Positions 59,788-64,000 of a DNA stretch of 64,000 nt are shown in pieces. Numbering within the stretch: the stretch's first letter is position 1; every line of letters begins with the position of its first letter. The position numbers and the translations under genes are program-made. Source of the DNA: Patescibacteria group bacterium (GTDB taxonomy: Bacteria > Patescibacteriota > JAQUNI01); assembly GCA_028717685.1 (NCBI GenBank), contig JAQUNI010000001.1, positions 481,094-545,093 on the forward strand, read 5' to 3'. Below the pieces are notes generated by a model. That model saw only the letters and a program-made list of their open reading frames with translations, ran no database searches and was not told where the DNA came from.

Positions 59788-61365
59788 TTATTTTCCTTCT
59801 TCTTTTTTCTTTTGTATTATTGCCTTTATAACTTTCCGAAAGCGGAAGTATTCCGAGACGCGCAGCCCTGTCCATCGTCCTAAAGCAAGATTCAAGACGA
59901 TGGTTAAAAAGATAAGCTCGGGATAAGCAATAATGAGCGTGCGCAAGGTTTGCCAAGTGACAATAAAATAACAAATAATGGAGAGAATTAAAGTTTCCAG
60001 AGTTAATTTAATCGCCGTGCGTGCGCCTTTATCCACTTGGACGTTTACAAACTGCTCTACTAATATAATCATAATTAACATCGGAAAGATGGAAACGGCG
60101 ATGAGGCCGGTGCGACCGTGATAAGCGCCTTCAGCAAGCATCGCCAGAATCGCGATACTGACTAAAGTCAAAACAATCGCAATACGGGGCAGATGGAGCA
60201 TTTTAATTTTCTGCAGTATGAGACGCATTAGGGTGCCAAAGATGAGAATTAAAAGGAAGATCGCCAGTCCGTATTTTAAACCCGTAGCCACAAAGGAGAG
60301 AGCTACCACAGAAGGGATATAAATACCAAAGGCTTTAATCCCTAAAATCTGACGGGCAAAGGCAATGATGGTGGCGACCAAAGGGAGCATCAGGATAAGC
60401 AGAATCGTATTGGTAGGTACGCCCTTGTTAATCATAAAGTTCACCGCATAGGAAGCAAAGTTCCAAGGCGCGAGTTTATTCAATGTTCTTTGGCTATGGA
60501 CACCCACAGTTTTAAATTCGATTCCCTGTGTGCGTAAGGCAGGGATAATATTTTGGGGAGTGCGCGCTTCGATGATAAAGGTTAATGCCTCCTTGTGGGT
60601 TAAAAGCACCACTTCCGGCTTTAAAATATCAAAAGTGCTCTGTGCTACTCGGGAAGCGATGCCAAAACCTTTGTCCGTAATTGCCACAATCGTTTTATTA
60701 TTAAAACTTAAGTCTTCAATCTTTTCAGTTTGTTGGCCAAGCTTAGCGAGCGCCTCTAGTCCCGCCAAGGAAGAAGTCCAGCTGATAATGATATTAGATT
60801 TTTTCAAGTCGGCGGAGGATTCCGCGAGTTTGCGGGTTAATTTTTCCAAGCCCGTGTATTCCGCCTCGCTAGGTTCATATTGGATTGGAATAATTAAAAT
60901 TCCTTTTTGCGCCGCGTATTGGGTCAGAGATTTAAGTTCTGGATCGTCTAAGGTCTTGTCCGTGATCATTACCAGGAGATCATTATAGACAGTGACAAAG
61001 ATTTCATCTTCGGATTCCAGCTCGCCAGCGGTCATTTTTAGTTTAATGCGATAGTTGCCTGGTTCATTATAGATATGGATTACATCCACGCCTTCTTCCT
61101 TTTCACCATCGCCAAAATTCCATTCATAGTTTACTTCTAAATCCTCCGGAATTACCGTTGATCCCGACGCGTCAAAAAGCACCTTTCTTTGGGTCGCCAC
61201 ATTTTGATCCTTGCCGGCATTGGCTTTGATTTGGGGTGCAATCTGGATAGGTAGGATTTGATTTTGGTTTTGCAGGGGCGCGGTCTCTTGCGCCAGAGCA
61301 GCATTGGCGATTAAGGAGACTGCCGTGACGGTCAAGAATATAGCGAAAGATAAATTTTTGGTCAT
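59788..61365 (-). CDS. PKD domain + 7TM domain of the inactive-transglutaminase-associated family
   Basis: FDASGS, WNFGDG, H.Y..PG.Y; LLILMLP..AT, G...FG...P, FPM.I, GRWTGLR.SEY.RF. Confidence 0.85.
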   Translation of the reverse strand: MTKNLSFAIFLTVTAVSLIANAALAQETAPLQNQNQILPIQIAPQIKANAGKDQNVATQRKVLFDASGSTVIPEDLEVNYEWNFGDGEKEEGVDVIHIYNEPGNYRIKLKMTAGELESEDEIFVTVYNDLLVMITDKTLDDPELKSLTQYAAQKGILIIPIQYEPSEAEYTGLEKLTRKLAESSADLKKSNIIISWTSSLAGLEALAKLGQQTEKIEDLSFNNKTIVAITDKGFGIASRVAQSTFDILKPEVVLLTHKEALTFIIEARTPQNIIPALRTQGIEFKTVGVHSQRTLNKLAPWNFASYAVNFMINKGVPTNTILLILMLPLVATIIAFARQILGIKAFGIYIPSVVALSFVATGLKYGLAIFLLILIFGTLMRLILQKIKMLHLPRIAIVLTLVSIAILAMLAEGAYHGRTGLIAVSIFPMLIMIILVEQFVNVQVDKGARTAIKLTLETLILSIICYFIVTWQTLRTLIIAYPELIFLTIVLNLALGRWTGLRVSEYFRFRKVIKAIIQKKKEEGK

Positions 61366-61554
61366 AAAGTTTGACTAAATTTAATTTGTGTTTTCTAAAC
61401 AATTGTATTTTAACTTAAATTGAGGCAAGAGGCAAGACAGGAATCGGGAATCAGGAAGCAGGAATTATGAATTGGGAATAAGGAGGAAAAAAATAAAAAA
61501 GCGCTATTAGATTATAGCACTTATATTTATTTCTGGATTCTAGTTTCTGGCTTT

Positions 61555-62025
61555 TCACCTCACCGAATTTGCGGCGCAGACGGCGCAGGCGAGAGCGTCA
61601 GCCGCGTCATCTGGTTTTGGGATTTCCTTTAGATTAAGCAGTATTTTTACCATTTTTTGGACCTGCTCTTTGCCGGCACGCCCATAACAAGCAACCGCTT
61701 GTTTTACTTGCAAGGGAGTGGCGTCAAAAACCGGAATCTTGTTCTGTTCCGCGCAAAGCAAAATAACGCCTCTTGCGTGCCCCACTATGATTGCGGTTTT
61801 TGTATTTTTAAAGAAGAAAACCTGCTCGCAAGCCAAAAGATCGGGTTTGCTTTTTTTAATTATTTTGTTTATTTCCTTGTAAATCGTGGCAAGCCGCATA
61901 GGCAGATCTTGCTTGGCTGGCGTAGAGATTATGCCATATTTAATTAAAGTCAATCTATTTTTGTCTTTTCCTATTAAACCATATCCAGTAGTCGCAGTGC
62001 CGGGGTCAATGCCGAGGATAATCAT
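61555..62025 (-). CDS. ruvC: Holliday junction resolvase
   Basis: ILGIDPG, E..FF..N, ARGV, PDDAADALA. Confidence 0.95.
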   Translation of the reverse strand: MIILGIDPGTATTGYGLIGKDKNRLTLIKYGIISTPAKQDLPMRLATIYKEINKIIKKSKPDLLACEQVFFFKNTKTAIIVGHARGVILLCAEQNKIPVFDATPLQVKQAVACYGRAGKEQVQKMVKILLNLKEIPKPDDAADALACAVCAANSVR

Positions 62026-62108
62026 ATTTTAGTAATCAGTAATTGGTAATCGGTAATTAGTAATTTTTATCGGCCGCAGGTCGATTTGTACTAATTACTA
62101 GTTACTGA

Positions 62109-62825
62109 TTACGGATTACTTTTTAGATTTGTGTAAATCTCCTGCACATCATCGTGCTCTTCTAAAGCATTCAGTAATTTTTCCACCCTGGAAACATCAA
62201 TGGCAACAGTATTTTTAGGCGCGAATCCGAGCTCCGCGGATTCAATTTTTATTTGCAGGGCGTCTAGTTTTTCTTTGACTTTTTGAAGGTCTTGGGGCGC
62301 GGTATAAATTAAGGTCTCGTTATTTTCAATTTTGATATCTTCAGCGCCGGCTTCAATTACCGCGAGTTCCTGTTCCTCGGATAATTTGCATGCTCCTAAA
62401 TCAATAATGCCGCAAGGCGTAAATTGCCAAGAAAGAGAACCGCTTTCTCCAAATTTGCCGCCGTTTTTAGTGAGGATATTTTTAATCTCGGAAAGGGTGC
62501 GGTTTTTGTTATCGGTGGCGGTTTTAATGATAATCGCCAAGCCCTCGGGTCCCACAGCCCCATAGGTTGCCTCCTCAATTTGACCTTCTGCTCCCTCGCC
62601 CGTCCCGCGCTTTACTGCTTTTTCAACTGTTACTTGCGGCATATTCGCTTGTTTGGCTTTTTCTAAAGCAAGGCGCAGTTTAAAATTCATCATTGGATCG
62701 CCGCCGCCGCCCTCTTTGGCCGCGATCGCGATCATACGGCCGATTTTAGTAAAAATTTTGCCTCGTTTTTGATCCGCGGCTCCCTTTTGGTGTTTAATTG
62801 TGGCCCATTTAGAATGACCGGACAT
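62109..62825 (-). CDS. yebC: YebC/PmpR family protein
   Basis: MSGHSKW..IKH.K, TDNKNRT, LE.HDDVQ..Y.N; start at 62825. Confidence 0.95.
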   Translation of the reverse strand: MSGHSKWATIKHQKGAADQKRGKIFTKIGRMIAIAAKEGGGGDPMMNFKLRLALEKAKQANMPQVTVEKAVKRGTGEGAEGQIEEATYGAVGPEGLAIIIKTATDNKNRTLSEIKNILTKNGGKFGESGSLSWQFTPCGIIDLGACKLSEEQELAVIEAGAEDIKIENNETLIYTAPQDLQKVKEKLDALQIKIESAELGFAPKNTVAIDVSRVEKLLNALEEHDDVQEIYTNLKSNP

Positions 62826-62960
62826 ATAGTTAGAATCTAGAATCTGGAATTTGGAATCTAGAATCAAGAATAATGTGATATAAGTATTGTAGCGGAAAGA
62901 GGGGAGAATTTCAATCTTTAATTTGGGCAAGAAAAAAACCACAAGATGTGCTTGTGGTAT

Positions 62961-63482
62961 TTAATTATACGACATTAAGTAAGGAATTTCTGTAACCCCG
63001 CTGCCATCAGTGAGTGGTAGAATAATGGTAACTAAATTTTGTGCCTGGAAAAGCGTCCTCGTTTCACGTTTTAGTTTGGTAATTTTGAAGCCCTGACGCA
63101 AAGCAATTTTTTCTTTACGGTCTATTTTCGGATTGGCATCAAAAATCAAAGTTATTAACGTGGGCAAGAGCAGATTCACAGTTTTTGCTAATCTTTGCAA
63201 TTTAGAGTTTTTTTCTACTTTGAACTGGAAATCTGCGTCGCTAAGAGCACTTTTATCAATGTTGGTTAGAATTTCCTCAATGATGGTTTGTTTTCTGTCA
63301 ATCAAAGTAAAGAGCTTTTTCTGCTCGTCATTCATCTCTCCCACTTCTTCCTCAAGTTTGGGGTTCTGGGGGTATCTTGGTTCAATGTAGTCTTGGGGTT
63401 CAATTTTTTGAAATTTCGTCCAAAGCCGTAGTTTCTTAAATAACAATTCCAGGTTTAACTCTCCGTTCGTTTGTTCTGACAT
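62961..63482 (-). CDS. Hypothetical protein
   Basis: 173-aa ORF preceded by GGAGG. Confidence 0.6.
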   Translation of the reverse strand: MSEQTNGELNLELLFKKLRLWTKFQKIEPQDYIEPRYPQNPKLEEEVGEMNDEQKKLFTLIDRKQTIIEEILTNIDKSALSDADFQFKVEKNSKLQRLAKTVNLLLPTLITLIFDANPKIDRKEKIALRQGFKITKLKRETRTLFQAQNLVTIILPLTDGSGVTEIPYLMSYN

Positions 63483-63519
63483 TTTGTACCTCCAGCTGGT
63501 GTTTTTTTGCGTTTAATGT

Positions 63520-64000
63520 TCAAGCGGATTTAATAAAGGAGCAATTTTCATTTTTACAGTATTTTTTGATTTTTGTCAAATAAAAAATGAAGAAAAATAA
63601 GAAGACAGGGGAGTAATAAAAATACATATTGGGTCCGGTTTGGGGCAAAATTTTTTGCTGATTTGGCTGAGTTTGATTTTCTGGGGTTTTTGGTCTTGTG
63701 ATTTTTGCGGCTAAAATTTGCGGAAACCCATTATCCTTACCAGGAGTCGGATTATCTGTCCATTGCCAATGATCCACATTTTGACGGCTGTAAGATTGTC
63801 CTTCTTTAGCTTTGCTATATTTAATTTCATCAACTGCCTGACCTAAAGGGTTTAGAAGCCGCACACAATCGCCATTGTTGTTTAAAGATATTTTAGTTTC
63901 TTTGTAGTAAAGGACGAGATAAGAATTGGCTTTAATTTTAGTGTTTTCGGGAAAGGTGTGCGGCTTGGAGCCCGCGCTTTCGCAATCATCAATCTGCCAA
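63520..64000 (-). CDS. C-terminal part of a lamin-tail-domain surface protein with an LPQTG-TM-basic tail (5' end outside the window)
   Basis: Frame stays open to the window edge: ISLNNNGDCVRLLNP ... PTPG..N, then LPQTG, hydrophobic run, KIKK. Confidence 0.65.
   Translation of the reverse strand, partial: WQIDDCESAGSKPHTFPENTKIKANSYLVLYYKETKISLNNNGDCVRLLNPLGQAVDEIKYSKAKEGQSYSRQNVDHWQWTDNPTPGKDNGFPQILAAKITRPKTPENQTQPNQQKILPQTGPNMYFYYSPVFLFFFIFYLTKIKKYCKNENCSFIKSA

Overview
64 kb of a bacterial chromosome around the replication origin (rpmH-dnaA-dnaN-recF-dciA). It is most likely Patescibacteria/CPR (Parcubacteria-like), inferred from the TrbC/VirB2-type pilin array, the unlinked and insertion-rich 23S rRNA gene and the gene repertoire; TGA is used as a stop codon. 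The left part holds rluD, rplS, csaA, four tRNAs and a 23S-5S unit with no 16S. That 23S gene is about 5.06 kb because it carries at least seven helix insertions (IVS) and two ORF-less group I introns (L2500, L2593). Next come tRNA-Ser and an accessory region with integron-type gene cassettes (attC-like sites, two attI-like units, no integrase), tandem beta-propeller genes, galU, a solute-binding lipoprotein, seven pilin-like genes, tRNA-Leu and a glycosylation cluster. The origin region follows, then PBP1A, tyrS, a ROK-GT-GH130 cluster, an ATP-grasp/peptidase operon and ruvC-yebC. The most unusual signals are non-coding. (1) Intact tRNAs sit inside or beside decayed copies of the same isoacceptor, joined by a shared inverted-repeat junction. 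(2) A family of hairpin insertions with a common CTCACT...AGCGAG closing motif and interchangeable AT-rich cores has colonised rRNA helices and a group I intron. (3) Several small palindrome families are spread over spacers, rRNA flanks and one CDS. (4) An integrase-less cassette array is present. All calls are by eye, with no database searches.
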